A stretch of DNA of 64,000 nucleotides, from the sequence record AP025967.1. One strand, 5' to 3'. The notes beneath the pieces were generated by a model. That model saw nothing but the letters and a program-made list of their open reading frames with translations, made no database searches and was not told the origin of the DNA. Source of the stretch: a plasmid. This document shows positions 19,590 through 30,969 of this stretch, one piece after another. Position numbers and translations under genes: made by a program. Each line of letters starts with the position of its first letter. Within the stretch, counting starts at the first letter, position 1.

Positions 19590-21011
19590 TTAAACAGCTT
19601 TCAGGCTTTTTTCAACAAAATTTATAACTTCTTTATTTGCAAATTCATTATATTTTGCTTTGATTTCCTTAATTGCAAATTTATTTTTTCTTTTGAAAAT
19701 TTCCAATGTATAAACTCCTCCTTCGTAATTTAAACTATAAATGGCACTTAAGCCGTCTTCAATTTCTCTTCTTCTTGTATAAACGCAATTTTTTTGCTCC
19801 ATTCCGTGCAAGTAAAGTTCTTTATGCGTTTCTATTAGTTTAAATTCTTCTGGAAGTTTTAAATTGATAAAATCTTCTTTAATTTTAAGTTTTTTATTTT
19901 TTGGAATTTGTTTTTTTTCTAATTCTATCGTTAAAACATTATGTTCGTTTGTTATTCTATTTATAGAATTAATGTTAAGGTTAATTAAATTATTTGTTTC
20001 ATAGCTTAATTTAATATAATCATTTATTAGTATATAAATTTCAAGAAATTCATTTTGATAGCTTTCTTTCTGTGGTTTTAATTTGTGATACAATAAAAAT
20101 GAGGCAATATTAATAATTTTGTATTTTTTTCTTTTGTATTTTATTTTAATAAAATGCTCGTTGGCAAAATTATTATTAATAAAATCAATATAATCATATA
20201 TTAATTTGTTATTCTCCAAAACAAATTTATACAATTTATTCTGTTCGTTTTTTGCAATAAAATTTAAAGAAATTGCAAAAGATAAAGCCAAGTGGATATC
20301 AAATTTATTTAGATTGAAATTAATTTTAGTATTTAATGATTTTTCTATAACTTCTTGAACGCTATGACAATTGATTAAAACATTAAAATCTATTCTTAAA
20401 AGCTTATATATTTCAAAAGAATGATTTTCTTTGATATTTTTAAAATCTTTGGCAATATAAGGATTTATTTTTTCTAAATAGTTAAAATAATAATTTTTTA
20501 AAATATTATTTTCTAATAAAAAAACAAGATTAAAACCCTTGCTTTGAATTTTTCTATATTTAAAGGTAATTAAGCTATTATCTTTTTGTATGATGAAATG
20601 TTTTTTATTATAAATGTTACTAATATCAAAACTTTCTCTATCCAATGAATTTATTTTAAAACTAAAAACAAGTTCCGTAAATGAAATTTCTTTATTTTCA
20701 AAATTTAATGCGTAAAAAATATTTTGATTAAATTCAAATTCACTATAAGAAAAGTCAAAATTTATATCTTTGACTTTTTCTAGTATTTTTTGAGCGAATT
20801 CAAAAGTTTTTTTATGTGTCAAAAATATTCCATTAGCTATGCCATATTTTTTTATAATAAAAATATAATCTTTTGGAATGCTTTTAATAAAAAGCAAAAA
20901 ATTTTCATCTTTTAACCATTCTTTTAAGGTTGTATTTTTAGTATTTTCAAAATCTAAAAACTCATAGCCATTAAGCAACAAGCATTGATTATATTTATTT
21001 TTTTCTTCCAT
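19590..21011 (-). CDS. Hypothetical protein (473 aa)
   Basis: Long minus-strand ORF. No motif recognised. Confidence 0.55.
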   Translation of the reverse strand: MEEKNKYNQCLLLNGYEFLDFENTKNTTLKEWLKDENFLLFIKSIPKDYIFIIKKYGIANGIFLTHKKTFEFAQKILEKVKDINFDFSYSEFEFNQNIFYALNFENKEISFTELVFSFKINSLDRESFDISNIYNKKHFIIQKDNSLITFKYRKIQSKGFNLVFLLENNILKNYYFNYLEKINPYIAKDFKNIKENHSFEIYKLLRIDFNVLINCHSVQEVIEKSLNTKINFNLNKFDIHLALSFAISLNFIAKNEQNKLYKFVLENNKLIYDYIDFINNNFANEHFIKIKYKRKKYKIINIASFLLYHKLKPQKESYQNEFLEIYILINDYIKLSYETNNLINLNINSINRITNEHNVLTIELEKKQIPKNKKLKIKEDFINLKLPEEFKLIETHKELYLHGMEQKNCVYTRRREIEDGLSAIYSLNYEGGVYTLEIFKRKNKFAIKEIKAKYNEFANKEVINFVEKSLKAV

Positions 21012-21116
21012 AATTTACCTCCTCTCAAAAAATATTTTTACATAATCATAAAATTCTTTATATTTGAAAAATATTATTTATTAATATTAATTAAAATAAA
21101 TTAATATTTATTAATA

Positions 21117-23147
21117 TTATACATTTATTATTTTAGGTTTTCCATTATCGTCATAATACATAGCCTTGCAACCTTGTTTAAATTCACTACAACCCCACCA
21201 CCAACTATTACCATTTTTACTTTTTATTCTTTGTAAAAATCCTTTATTGCATTGCGGACATTGAATTTTTGGTTTGTTTTCATTATCTAGTATTTTAAAC
21301 TCTTGATTTTTATCAATTCTTTGAATTTCGCTAATTACTTCTTTTGTGATTTCTTCTAAGAATTGTTCTCTTCTTAATTCTGATATTTCTATCATTTTTT
21401 GTTGCTCAAACCACAATGCTGTCATGTCAGGAGTAATAAGTGATTTTGGAGAAAGTTTAATTAAATCTCTACCTTTTTTAGTGGATTTGATAATTTGTTT
21501 TTTATCTTTACTTACTTCTATATACTCTCTTTCAATTAATGTTTTTATATGATTAGATCTTGTTGCAGGTGTTCCTATACCACCACTTTCACCTTTTTTG
21601 TCTTTGTCTTTTTCAATCAGTAATTTTTTAATTCTTTCATCAGACACATACTTTGCGACACTATTTAAATCTTTAAGTAGCGTTGTCATAGTGTAGTAAG
21701 GGCGTGGCTTTGTTTGCTTTTTTTCAATTTGTATCAAAGAGCATTTTGCAATATCACCATTTTTTAAGATAGATAAATCGTTTATATCATTCTCATTATT
21801 TTCTTGTTCCTCTTCGCTATCTATATTTTGCCAAAGACTTCTAAAACCACTTTTTGTTGTCTTGTTTTGAGTAGCGGTAAAAATTCTTTGATTTACTTCT
21901 AAATTAATTGTAGTAGTTTGATATTCTCTAGGATGAAAGAATTGGATAATAAATCTTTTAGCGATTAGATTGTAAACGACTAATTCATCTTGAGTTAATT
22001 GCGATGAAATTTTATTTTGGGTAGGGATTATTCCATAGTGTGCTGAAATGTTAGCATCGTTAAAAGCCTTGCTTTTTATTGTTAAATCACTGCTAGCAAT
22101 GAGAGCTTGAATTTCATCATTAGAATTTAAATTTTCCTTTATAATATTTAAAATATTTGGTGCTTGTTCAAACATTGTTTCAGGTAAATATTGACAATCT
22201 GATCTATTATAAGTTATAGCCTTATGTTTTTCTCTTAAATTTTGAGTGATTTCTAATGTTTTATCAGGGCTAAAACCAAAAAGTTTTGCACATTCAGCTT
22301 GTAAAACAAGTAGGTTATAAGGTAGCGGTGGATATTCTTTTTTGTTTTCTATTTTTAAATTAATTTTTGCATTTTGGTTTTCACAAGATTCTTTGATCTC
22401 TTTAGCTAAATTTTCATCTAAAATTTTATCTTCTGTTTTCAATCTTGCTTTAATAGTATTATTGTTGATATTAAAATCACCTAGCAAAGAATAATAATTT
22501 ATACTTTTAAAATTTTCAAATTCTTTATCTCTATTAACTATAAGAGCCAAAATAGGCGTTTGAACTCTACCTACGCTTAAAATGCCCTCATATCCATTTT
22601 TTCGTGCCATTATGGTATACGCCCTAGTAAGATTTATGCCTACTATCCAATCTGCTTGACTTCTTGCAAAACCTCTTTCGCTCATTCCTTTAAAATCTGC
22701 ATTTGGCTTAATTTTTGCTATTTCTTCTTTTACTGCTTTTGGTGTTAAATCATTAATTAAAACCCTAAATACAGGTTTAGAAGTTTTGGAGTATTGAATA
22801 ATTTCATCAACAAGAATTTGACCCTCATCATCCGCATCCCCACAATTTACAATAGAAGTAATCTTGTCGCTATGGATTAAATCGCAAATAATTTTTAATT
22901 GTTTTTTACTTTCTTTTTTGGGTAAGTATTTAAATTCTTTAATGGGTAGTGGTAAGTCTTCAAGTTTCCATAACTTATATTTTTCATCATATTCTTCAGG
23001 TTTAGCAAGCTCTAGAATATGTCCAAAAGCCCAAGTAACAATATTATCACCTTTTTGTATATATCCTTCTCCGCTTTTATAATTGCCATCTAGTCCTTCT
23101 GCAATTGCTTTACCAAGTTCGGGTTTTTCAGCTATAAATAATCTCAT
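21117..23147 (-). CDS. topB: Type IA DNA topoisomerase (TopB / topoisomerase III-like)
   Basis: N-terminal TOPRIM (MRLFIAEKPELGKAIA), 676 aa. C-terminal Cys4 zinc ribbons (CPQCNKG...CSEFKQGC). Confidence 0.8.
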   Translation of the reverse strand: MRLFIAEKPELGKAIAEGLDGNYKSGEGYIQKGDNIVTWAFGHILELAKPEEYDEKYKLWKLEDLPLPIKEFKYLPKKESKKQLKIICDLIHSDKITSIVNCGDADDEGQILVDEIIQYSKTSKPVFRVLINDLTPKAVKEEIAKIKPNADFKGMSERGFARSQADWIVGINLTRAYTIMARKNGYEGILSVGRVQTPILALIVNRDKEFENFKSINYYSLLGDFNINNNTIKARLKTEDKILDENLAKEIKESCENQNAKINLKIENKKEYPPLPYNLLVLQAECAKLFGFSPDKTLEITQNLREKHKAITYNRSDCQYLPETMFEQAPNILNIIKENLNSNDEIQALIASSDLTIKSKAFNDANISAHYGIIPTQNKISSQLTQDELVVYNLIAKRFIIQFFHPREYQTTTINLEVNQRIFTATQNKTTKSGFRSLWQNIDSEEEQENNENDINDLSILKNGDIAKCSLIQIEKKQTKPRPYYTMTTLLKDLNSVAKYVSDERIKKLLIEKDKDKKGESGGIGTPATRSNHIKTLIEREYIEVSKDKKQIIKSTKKGRDLIKLSPKSLITPDMTALWFEQQKMIEISELRREQFLEEITKEVISEIQRIDKNQEFKILDNENKPKIQCPQCNKGFLQRIKSKNGNSWWWGCSEFKQGCKAMYYDDNGKPKIINV

Positions 23148-23382
23148 TTTTGCCTTTCAAAAATCTTATCTTATTGTTTGCTATATTATTAATAAATATT
23201 AGAAAATAATAGTTATTAATGTTATATATTATTAATTTAAATATACTATTTTAAAGATATTGATATTTTTTTGCTATCGATTTTTCTATAGTTTGATTTT
23301 TTGTAAAACTACTCATCTTGTCAAAAAATAACTTTTAAATTTGTTATTTATAGTTACTATTAATAAATAATAATAACTATAA

Positions 23383-23407
23383 ATATGCACCTTTATGAGG
23401 TGCATAT
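23383..23407 (-). terminator. Rho-independent terminator hairpin after the 23410-24030 gene
   Basis: ATATGCACC-TTTATG-AGGTGCATAT stem-loop abutting the stop codon, followed by a T-rich tract on the minus strand. Confidence 0.5.
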
Positions 23408-23409
23408 TT

Positions 23410-24030
23410 TTATCTTCCAAACTCTTGGTTTTGAGTTTTTTCAGGCTCTTTAATTTCTTGAGTTTGCTGTATTTGTTGTTCTTGTTTTTGTGCTTTCATT
23501 TCAGCTTCATTAACAATTCTAATTCCAGCATTTGAAATTACAGCTATAAACTCATTACCTTTTTCTTTAAGTTCCTGTTTTAATTCTTCATTGTAAAGCC
23601 TTACATTAGTTTCTAAATAGTGACTTTTAGTTCCATCTTGGTTTTGGTGTTCTATAATCCCAATTCCTTCAATTAATTCTTTTGCAGCTTCTCGCTTTTG
23701 ATTAATTGTATAGTAAAAATAACCTTGCTCATTTATGTTAGAGTTGATATATATGAAATCATCTCTATTTTGTGAATTTGTAGGTTTTAAAACTATATTG
23801 TGAGTTTTTTCATCTCTATTAACAAAATAGTTTTTCCACTCATCATTTATTTTTGCTGAAAAAAGCACAGCTCCGTGTTCCATTGCAGCAACTTGTCCAG
23901 CTTCTTTAATAACATCGATTAAAGCAGTATCTACTTTTCTTTGTTGAATATCACCTTCTTTATTCTTGTAGTTTAAAGCATTATTGGTATCAATAACAAT
24001 CTTATCATTTACTAATTTTCCAAATGCCAT
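23410..24030 (-). CDS. Hypothetical protein (206 aa)
   Basis: ORF with a Q/E-rich C-terminus. Confidence 0.5.
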   Translation of the reverse strand: MAFGKLVNDKIVIDTNNALNYKNKEGDIQQRKVDTALIDVIKEAGQVAAMEHGAVLFSAKINDEWKNYFVNRDEKTHNIVLKPTNSQNRDDFIYINSNINEQGYFYYTINQKREAAKELIEGIGIIEHQNQDGTKSHYLETNVRLYNEELKQELKEKGNEFIAVISNAGIRIVNEAEMKAQKQEQQIQQTQEIKEPEKTQNQEFGR

Positions 24031-24100
24031 TTTTTCTCCTTTTTAAATTTTTTATGATTTGTTTTTGTTTTTTGCATTTTTTTGTATATAATTGTTCTGT

Positions 24101-24922
24101 TCATTCACCTCCTTGTAGTGTGATTTGAATACTATTTTTATTCTCATTGAAAATAGTTTTTTTGTTTTTTGCAAAGCTCAAGGTAAAGCTTCCTTTACTA
24201 TTTTCATCAATAGAGATAGTGGCTAAACCTTGAGTGATTGTGCTTACTCTTTCTTTTAAATTGTTATATTCTGAATATTTTATATAAGTAAGCAAAATTA
24301 AAATGCCAAGAGCTATACCTAACCCTATAGAAGTAAAACTAAAAAATATAAGATACCATTTTGTATTTTTTGTCATTTTTGTAAAAATTTCTGAAAATGT
24401 ATTCAATTTTTGTTTTCCATCTTCAACAAAATGATCAAGAAAAGTATTATAATTTTTTGCATTATGAGAAAGTTTATATTCTACTATTTCGCAAAATTTA
24501 TTAATTTGCTCGTTATATTGTTTAAGTTTATCATCCAATGATATTTTTTGAATTTCATTAGCAAATTTAGCAAAATCTTCCATTGTTTTTTTAATAGAAA
24601 TGGTTTTATTAATAATTTCTTTCTCTTCATCATTAGGAGGATTTTTAAAATAAGAAATAAGAGCTAAATAGGTATTATCTAGCTCTATAATATTGCTTTC
24701 TAAATCTTTAAAAATACCATCTTCTGTATTATTTTGTGCATTTTGCTTACCAACATTAATTTTAGCAATAATTATTTTTATAAGATTTTCAAATTTTTCC
24801 AATAATTCATTATAGTTTTGCATAGCTATATTTTTTGAATTATCTTCATTAACTATTTCAAAAAGATTATTTTCGTTAGAATTAATTTCTTCATTCATTG
24901 TTATTTCTCGTTTATCCAGCAA
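24101..24922 (-). CDS. Hypothetical protein with C-terminal TM segment
   Basis: 273 aa; hydrophobic stretch WYLIFFSFTSIGLGIALGILILL. Confidence 0.5.
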   Translation of the reverse strand: MLDKREITMNEEINSNENNLFEIVNEDNSKNIAMQNYNELLEKFENLIKIIIAKINVGKQNAQNNTEDGIFKDLESNIIELDNTYLALISYFKNPPNDEEKEIINKTISIKKTMEDFAKFANEIQKISLDDKLKQYNEQINKFCEIVEYKLSHNAKNYNTFLDHFVEDGKQKLNTFSEIFTKMTKNTKWYLIFFSFTSIGLGIALGILILLTYIKYSEYNNLKERVSTITQGLATISIDENSKGSFTLSFAKNKKTIFNENKNSIQITLQGGE

Positions 24923-25665
24923 TCTTTTTTAATAATTATTTTTTGATAATAAGCAATATCGATTCTATAATACTTGCCAAATCCTTCTTGTTTTCTTTTA
25001 TTAGCAGGTAGTTTAATAAATTCTCCATAACTTATAGGAGTTAATTTTTCTCCTTGTTCTCTTTGCGATACAGGTAAAGCATTATAAATTTCTTGTGATA
25101 CTTCTTTTAATTCATAACCTCTTTCCCAATCTTTTTGCTCATAAAATTTCTTATCGCAAGTATATTTTAAATGATAATCTGTGTATTTTGATGAAGCTAA
25201 AAGTTTGCAAGAGTTTGTAAGTTCAGGATTTATTCTAAATCCATAAGTTTTTATTTCTACGCATTCTCTTGATCCATTATGCCCACCACCAGTGCATATT
25301 TTTTCAACTTTTAAAGGTTGTTTTGATTTTTCAATTCTTTGATTTAATGCAGTTGTAGAGCATTCTCCATCTAAGTTAACTAAAATATCATTTTTATATT
25401 TATACATTTCTGGATCATTTGTTGTGTCAATAGGACACAAATTTAAAAATTCTTTCCTTGCTTGGATAGTTTTCCAAGGTTTTTTAAAGTGAATGCTAAA
25501 ATATTTTGCTAAAGAAGATGCACATTCAGGTGGTTTAACTGGACTTGCTAAACAAAGAATTACTTCGCAAGAAGTTCTAGTATCACCAGATAGTAATTGC
25601 AAATCTAAAGCATTAACACTATTTATTACACCAAAAACACAAAATGGGAATAATATTTTTTTCAT
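24901..25665 (-). CDS. Secreted cysteine-rich protein, possibly a T4SS accessory protein (TrbM-like)
   Basis: Signal peptide then multiple Cys; located just downstream of virD4. Confidence 0.35.
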   Translation of the reverse strand: MKKILFPFCVFGVINSVNALDLQLLSGDTRTSCEVILCLASPVKPPECASSLAKYFSIHFKKPWKTIQARKEFLNLCPIDTTNDPEMYKYKNDILVNLDGECSTTALNQRIEKSKQPLKVEKICTGGGHNGSRECVEIKTYGFRINPELTNSCKLLASSKYTDYHLKYTCDKKFYEQKDWERGYELKEVSQEIYNALPVSQREQGEKLTPISYGEFIKLPANKRKQEGFGKYYRIDIAYYQKIIIKKDCWINEK

Positions 25666-25676
25666 TTTTCTCTCCT

Positions 25677-26114
25677 TTAAAAATTTGTTTTATTAAAAAA
25701 TAAAATATTAACTTTGTTAAAATCACGCTCAATAGGATTGACAGGCTGTAATTCTATAGGTGCTAAAACTTGATTTTTTTCAAAGTATTGCTTATATTGT
25801 TCAATTAAATCTTTTCTACCTACTAAAATGATTTTTGTAGAATTGTGTGCGAGTAAAAAAGTTTTAGTAATAAGATCATTTTTAATAAAATCATCATCTA
25901 TAGTTTTTTTCTCAACCACGATATGATAAGTCCAATTAAATCCGCTCAAATAAGGATCTTTAGGAACAAAGCTATATTTTTTCTCCAAAATAGAATTATT
26001 GATACTCAATGCAGAATTATCATCCAATTCTTTTGGTTTTGGGGCTGTAGAACAACCCACCATTATAAAAACTAAAGCCATTATGGCTAAATTGTCAAGC
26101 GATTTTTTTATCAT
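25677..26114 (-). CDS. Lipoprotein
   Basis: Lipobox LVFIMVGC after a basic N-terminus. Confidence 0.5.
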   Translation of the reverse strand: MIKKSLDNLAIMALVFIMVGCSTAPKPKELDDNSALSINNSILEKKYSFVPKDPYLSGFNWTYHIVVEKKTIDDDFIKNDLITKTFLLAHNSTKIILVGRKDLIEQYKQYFEKNQVLAPIELQPVNPIERDFNKVNILFFNKTNF

Positions 26115-27906
26115 TGTTTTCTCCTATAATTTGAATTTTTACTTTACATTCTCCCTTTAAGATCGCATCTTCTAATTGTTTGCGTGAAGGGATTTTTCTT
26201 ATTGTTGATAAACTTTTCGAAACAGCTTTAAATTTATCCATAAAATAAGAATCTGAATAATAAAATGCTTTATTGCATAAAATAGGTTTTCCGCTATCAA
26301 TAGTAATTAGTTCATTTTCAAAAGGCATTTCTCTAAGTTCTTGTGGCAACATTAAAGCCCTACTTGCTTCGCTAATACTATGTGATCCACCTCCATTATT
26401 GCCTGTATTAATACTTCTTGATTTTGTTTTAAAAGTAGTATTTCCTAAAATCCTAGAGATAGCTTCTGCGTCTTCTTGCTCTCTTGGTGCATAGAAAATC
26501 TGACAAGCATGATTTGTTAAGAGTGTTTTAGCTCCTTCTTTTCCATAGCCCAAAGGCGGTTGTGTTTCAAGTTGTGAATTTGATTGATAAATCATCAAAG
26601 ATCTTAACCAATAACCAGCCATAAAACTGATTGCTGATTGATAGATAGGAATTCTACCAGGTGCAGTAAATTCATCCATAACCATTAAACAAGTATATTT
26701 TAAATCTTTATTGCTTTGTGGCAATTCTTTGGTGTTTAATAAAATAAGTTGCGACCAAAAAATATTTAAAATAAATTGTGCATTTGCTAATTGATCAGGC
26801 GTAATTCCTATATAAATTGTCATTTTCTTTTTACGCAAATCTCGCAAATCAAAATCGCTTGTTTCTGTGCTTAATCTTAATGTTTCACTTTCAAATGGCA
26901 CAAGCGGAGCATTAAAAGAGCTCATTACACCTGATTTAGTAGCATCTGAGTTAATATTAAAATAAGTTTCTAAACGCCTTATGGTTGCTTCATCTAAAAC
27001 TTCACAATAAGATAAGAAATTGTATGTATCATCAAAACCTTTTAAAGTTTTTCCTTCATTTTTAAGTGAGAAACCTTTTGAGAGTTGCAAAATATTGTAA
27101 AAGTTAAATTCTCCTACATTAATATCAAACGCACTTTGAAATTCTTTTCCATAATCGGTTAATTGTAAATCACGCCATAAATAACAAAGCCCAATAAATA
27201 AGTTTTGTGCTAAGCCATTGAAAAATTTTGAGGTAGAATCCCCATCTTGTGGGTAGAGTATGTTACCTAAATCCATTAATTGACTATCGCAATGCTCTTT
27301 ATCACTCATATCAATATAAGTTAAAGGATTATAGCGATGTGTCTGTCTTGAAAATGGATTGAATAAATAAACTTCTTGTCCTAAAATCTCTTTTCTATAT
27401 TTGCTTGTATAGTCAAAACATTCTTGTTTAATATCTTGAACAACAGCACTTTCTCGCCACTCTAACAAGTTTGGTATTACTATACCTACGCCTTTACCAC
27501 TTCTTGTGGGTGCTCCTAAGGCTACAAATTGCTGACCGCTAAATCTTAAAATCTTTCCCTTGTATTTTCCGATAATTATTCCATTATCTGAAAATAAATT
27601 CATTTTTTTAATTTCATTAAAATTTGCAAATCTAGCTTCGCCAAATTGAGATTTTTTGGCTTTTAAAGATAACACCAAAATAGAAAAAACAACAAAACAA
27701 ATGCCAAAAGTAATACCTAAAGAAAGCCATATTTTTGGATAACCATTAGAGATTGCTTGTAGCGTAAAATTTATGTTATAAATTTCAATCGCTTTCATTA
27801 TTTTTACTTTATTTAAAAAGAAAAAAACAATGGGCGTTATTAAGTAAGTGAGAATAAAACTCGCTATAGCAAGAAAAATCATTTGAATGCTTTTATTATT
27901 TTGCAT
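26095..27906 (-). CDS. virD4: Type IV coupling protein VirD4/TraG
   Basis: N-terminal TM helices; Walker A GAPTRSGKGVGIVIPNLL; 603 aa. Confidence 0.85.
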   Translation of the reverse strand: MQNNKSIQMIFLAIASFILTYLITPIVFFFLNKVKIMKAIEIYNINFTLQAISNGYPKIWLSLGITFGICFVVFSILVLSLKAKKSQFGEARFANFNEIKKMNLFSDNGIIIGKYKGKILRFSGQQFVALGAPTRSGKGVGIVIPNLLEWRESAVVQDIKQECFDYTSKYRKEILGQEVYLFNPFSRQTHRYNPLTYIDMSDKEHCDSQLMDLGNILYPQDGDSTSKFFNGLAQNLFIGLCYLWRDLQLTDYGKEFQSAFDINVGEFNFYNILQLSKGFSLKNEGKTLKGFDDTYNFLSYCEVLDEATIRRLETYFNINSDATKSGVMSSFNAPLVPFESETLRLSTETSDFDLRDLRKKKMTIYIGITPDQLANAQFILNIFWSQLILLNTKELPQSNKDLKYTCLMVMDEFTAPGRIPIYQSAISFMAGYWLRSLMIYQSNSQLETQPPLGYGKEGAKTLLTNHACQIFYAPREQEDAEAISRILGNTTFKTKSRSINTGNNGGGSHSISEASRALMLPQELREMPFENELITIDSGKPILCNKAFYYSDSYFMDKFKAVSKSLSTIRKIPSRKQLEDAILKGECKVKIQIIGENNDKKIA

Positions 27907-28899
27907 TTATCTCTCCATTTCTTTAAAATAAATGCCGCTAATACGCCTTTTTCCATGATGAGCATGGATATGCACGACAATATCTATTAAGTCTTTAAGT
28001 GTTTTTTGGATAATTTCAAAAGGCACGCATTGACCTTGTGGATTTTGTAGAGTCATTAAAGCAAGTCGTGTAAATGTTTCTTCGGGGCTTCCTGCATGGC
28101 AACTTGTGATACTTCCACCATGACCACTAGCTAAAACATTAATAAAATCATAAGTTTCAGCACCTCTAAGCTCTGCTAGTAAAATCCTATCAGGCTTCAT
28201 TCTTAAACAAGATTTTAAAAGTGTTGCAGAATTTAAAAAATCTGTACTTTTTGCTTCGCTAGGATAGAATAATTGCACGAAATTTTTGTGTTCATAGAAT
28301 TTGATTTCTTCAACATCTTCTATTGTGATAATCCTATCATCAAGGCTTATAAAATCAATAAGAGTTTTCATAAAGGTAGTTTTACCGCTTCCTGTTTCAC
28401 CAGCGATAATAATATTTTTACCATAGCTAACAGCTTTGGATATAAAATTTTGATAATCTCTTGCTTCATATAGCTTGATTAATTCTTCATCGCTTGGTTT
28501 GATTTTATTCTTATCATCAGGATTTAAATCTTCAAAAAGTCCGCTTTTAATATGATCTTCCATTTTAAAGCGAGTTTTGCTTGGCTTTCTAATAGTAATT
28601 GAAATGTGTTCGCTTTTTGTAGCAGGAGGAATAACAATTTGCATACGCTCTCCACCTACTAGAATACAACTAAGAATAGGGCGTGATACATCTATTTTAT
28701 CTTTTTTGAATGAGGCTGAAGCAGTTGCAAAATGTCCAGCTTGTTCAAAATCAAGTTTAGTATCTATACATTCCCATAATCCTTTAGAGTTTTGTACCCA
28801 AATTTTATTATCGCCGTTATAGCAGATTTCATTGATATTATCATCTTTTAAAAATTCTCCAAAAAATTTTTGAGTATATTTATCTAGCGTTATTGACAT
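27907..28899 (-). CDS. virB11: VirB11 traffic ATPase
   Basis: Walker A 'GETGSGKTT'. Probable start MSITLDKY at 28899; the ORF track extends to 29004. Confidence 0.85.
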   Translation of the reverse strand: MSITLDKYTQKFFGEFLKDDNINEICYNGDNKIWVQNSKGLWECIDTKLDFEQAGHFATASASFKKDKIDVSRPILSCILVGGERMQIVIPPATKSEHISITIRKPSKTRFKMEDHIKSGLFEDLNPDDKNKIKPSDEELIKLYEARDYQNFISKAVSYGKNIIIAGETGSGKTTFMKTLIDFISLDDRIITIEDVEEIKFYEHKNFVQLFYPSEAKSTDFLNSATLLKSCLRMKPDRILLAELRGAETYDFINVLASGHGGSITSCHAGSPEETFTRLALMTLQNPQGQCVPFEIIQKTLKDLIDIVVHIHAHHGKRRISGIYFKEMER

Positions 28900-30076
28900 T
28901 CTTTTTCCTTGTAAGTTTATAAACTTTTGAAAAATCAATATCACGATTAACATAAACACCGACCAAATCACCTTGATTTTTATAAAGTGTAGGTTTAATA
29001 TCAATCATTTTTTCTAGTGCTGTATTTGCGATTTCTTTTGCAGAATCTCTTGTATTTTCAGTGTAATTGGCATAATTATTTTTATTATCTTTACCTGCAA
29101 TTTGATCCGCTAAGATAGCCAGTGAATCATCTATCATTGATAGTAAAACAGCAGAGCCAAATCGTTTTAAGTAATGATGATCTACCCAACCTTGAACGCC
29201 ACTTGCACCTAATTCATCGGTAGCACCTGAATAAACAGGGATAATGATATTGTTCGGTGTTCTAATTTCTTGCCAAATTACAAATAATCTATCCATTCCA
29301 TCATCCATTTGTCCAGTATTAAAAGTTCCTGTAATAGTGCTACCTTTTTCAATTAAAAGAGTATTTCCATTAGCAGAATAGACATCATTTGATACAATAC
29401 AAGCGATTCCACCTTTAATAGAACTTACCAATCTTGTTTTTAAAGCACAGCCTATATAAGTTCCTTTAGGTAATAGTAAATTTTGATCAAATTCGCTAAC
29501 TTTAGCGATTGTGGGAGTGAAGACCTCTCCAACAAAATCTCCACTACTACCACCTTGTAAATTATTAGAGTTTTGTAAAGTACCATTTTGTCCAAACTCA
29601 AACACTGTGTTAGGTTTTTCTCCAAATTCTTCCCTGTTTCCTGTGCCATTATTTCCAAATCCATCATTATTAGATGAAGCGACAACAGTAACTCCTGCAC
29701 CTTTAACAATTCTAGGCTTTGGAGGTTTTGGTTCAAGTATTAAATCTTGTGTCGGTTTTGGTGATTCTTGTGCAATTAGTTCATCAAATGTTTTTTGTGG
29801 AGGAGGTGGAATAAATTCCTTTGTTTTAACACTTTGTGCCAAATCTTTATTATCTTCTTTTTGTACTTCTTCGGTAGTTGTATTGCTACTTAAAAATGAT
29901 TTTAAAAAATAAACTAATATTAAAACTAATAATAACCCACCCACAGCAAAAATTACATAAGCTTGTATCTTTCTAAGATGATTTTTTTGATCGTGTAAAT
30001 CACTTGTATGATTTTCAAAATCATTGTCTAAATTATCTTGTTCTTTATCTTGCATACTTATTCCTTTTAGTTTCAT
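28880..30076 (-). CDS. virB10: VirB10
   Basis: N-terminal TM; proline-rich linker (PPPPQK...PKPPKPRIV); TrbI-like C-terminal domain. Confidence 0.8.
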   Translation of the reverse strand: MKLKGISMQDKEQDNLDNDFENHTSDLHDQKNHLRKIQAYVIFAVGGLLLVLILVYFLKSFLSSNTTTEEVQKEDNKDLAQSVKTKEFIPPPPQKTFDELIAQESPKPTQDLILEPKPPKPRIVKGAGVTVVASSNNDGFGNNGTGNREEFGEKPNTVFEFGQNGTLQNSNNLQGGSSGDFVGEVFTPTIAKVSEFDQNLLLPKGTYIGCALKTRLVSSIKGGIACIVSNDVYSANGNTLLIEKGSTITGTFNTGQMDDGMDRLFVIWQEIRTPNNIIIPVYSGATDELGASGVQGWVDHHYLKRFGSAVLLSMIDDSLAILADQIAGKDNKNNYANYTENTRDSAKEIANTALEKMIDIKPTLYKNQGDLVGVYVNRDIDFSKVYKLTRKKNVNNAR

Positions 30077-30081
30077 TCGCT

Positions 30082-30969
30082 TTATTTTTTATTTATCTCT
30101 CTTTGAATATTTTCATTGGAGGTTTCTCTTGTTTTATCTAAAGGATTTTTTGCATAGCCACGATTAAAAATACCAACGACTTTATCGCCACTTCTTAATA
30201 GGATTTGTTTAGTAATTTTTTGAATTACTAAAACTTCATAATTGCCATCTTTTTTAATATGAGTATTTAAAATACTTTCTTTACCATTATCATACATGAA
30301 AACAGCAGGAAAAGTTTTAGTATTATCAAAACCAAGATATGTAAAAACACCATCATCATAAGCAAAATTTGGACTTATGTCTTCACTTCCTTTATTAACT
30401 TTCATATAAAAATCCCAATTTCTAGGGATGGTATTTTTATTTAAATCTGTGCGTATTTTCTCTTGCTCTTGAGCTTCTAAAAATTTTTTAGTTGCTTCTA
30501 AGTCTTTTTTTGGATAAGAAAAACTGAGTTTATAGGTAGCGTTATTATTTTGGTTTACAAGTTTTAAATCGAATACATAAGTATTTAGATTTGTAATAAC
30601 AATTAGGTTAGTTTTCCAATCATGAGGATTTGGATCTAAAACGAATTCTTGTGATGCTTGACTCTCTCCTATATTATTGTTTTCTTGTTGAACAAGTTGT
30701 GTTTTATAAGCTTTAGGTTTTATAAATAAAAGATTGTCTTTTTCAATTAAATCCCAACCTTCTGCAAAACCTGTAGCAGTATTGATAATTCTTTCATCGA
30801 TACCAAATTCTAAAACGCTAACATAGCCATTTTTTGCATTAATTTGAAATACATCGTTTGCATTATAAATTGCATAAGCAATTCTTTTATCAAATGTAGA
30901 AGTTTTTGGAATATTTAAAGCCCAAATAAAACTACACAACAATAAATTTATTAAGATTATTTTTTTCAT
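30082..30969 (-). CDS. virB9: VirB9
   Basis: Signal peptide; 295 aa; sits between virB8 and virB10. Confidence 0.7.
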   Translation of the reverse strand: MKKIILINLLLCSFIWALNIPKTSTFDKRIAYAIYNANDVFQINAKNGYVSVLEFGIDERIINTATGFAEGWDLIEKDNLLFIKPKAYKTQLVQQENNNIGESQASQEFVLDPNPHDWKTNLIVITNLNTYVFDLKLVNQNNNATYKLSFSYPKKDLEATKKFLEAQEQEKIRTDLNKNTIPRNWDFYMKVNKGSEDISPNFAYDDGVFTYLGFDNTKTFPAVFMYDNGKESILNTHIKKDGNYEVLVIQKITKQILLRSGDKVVGIFNRGYAKNPLDKTRETSNENIQREINKK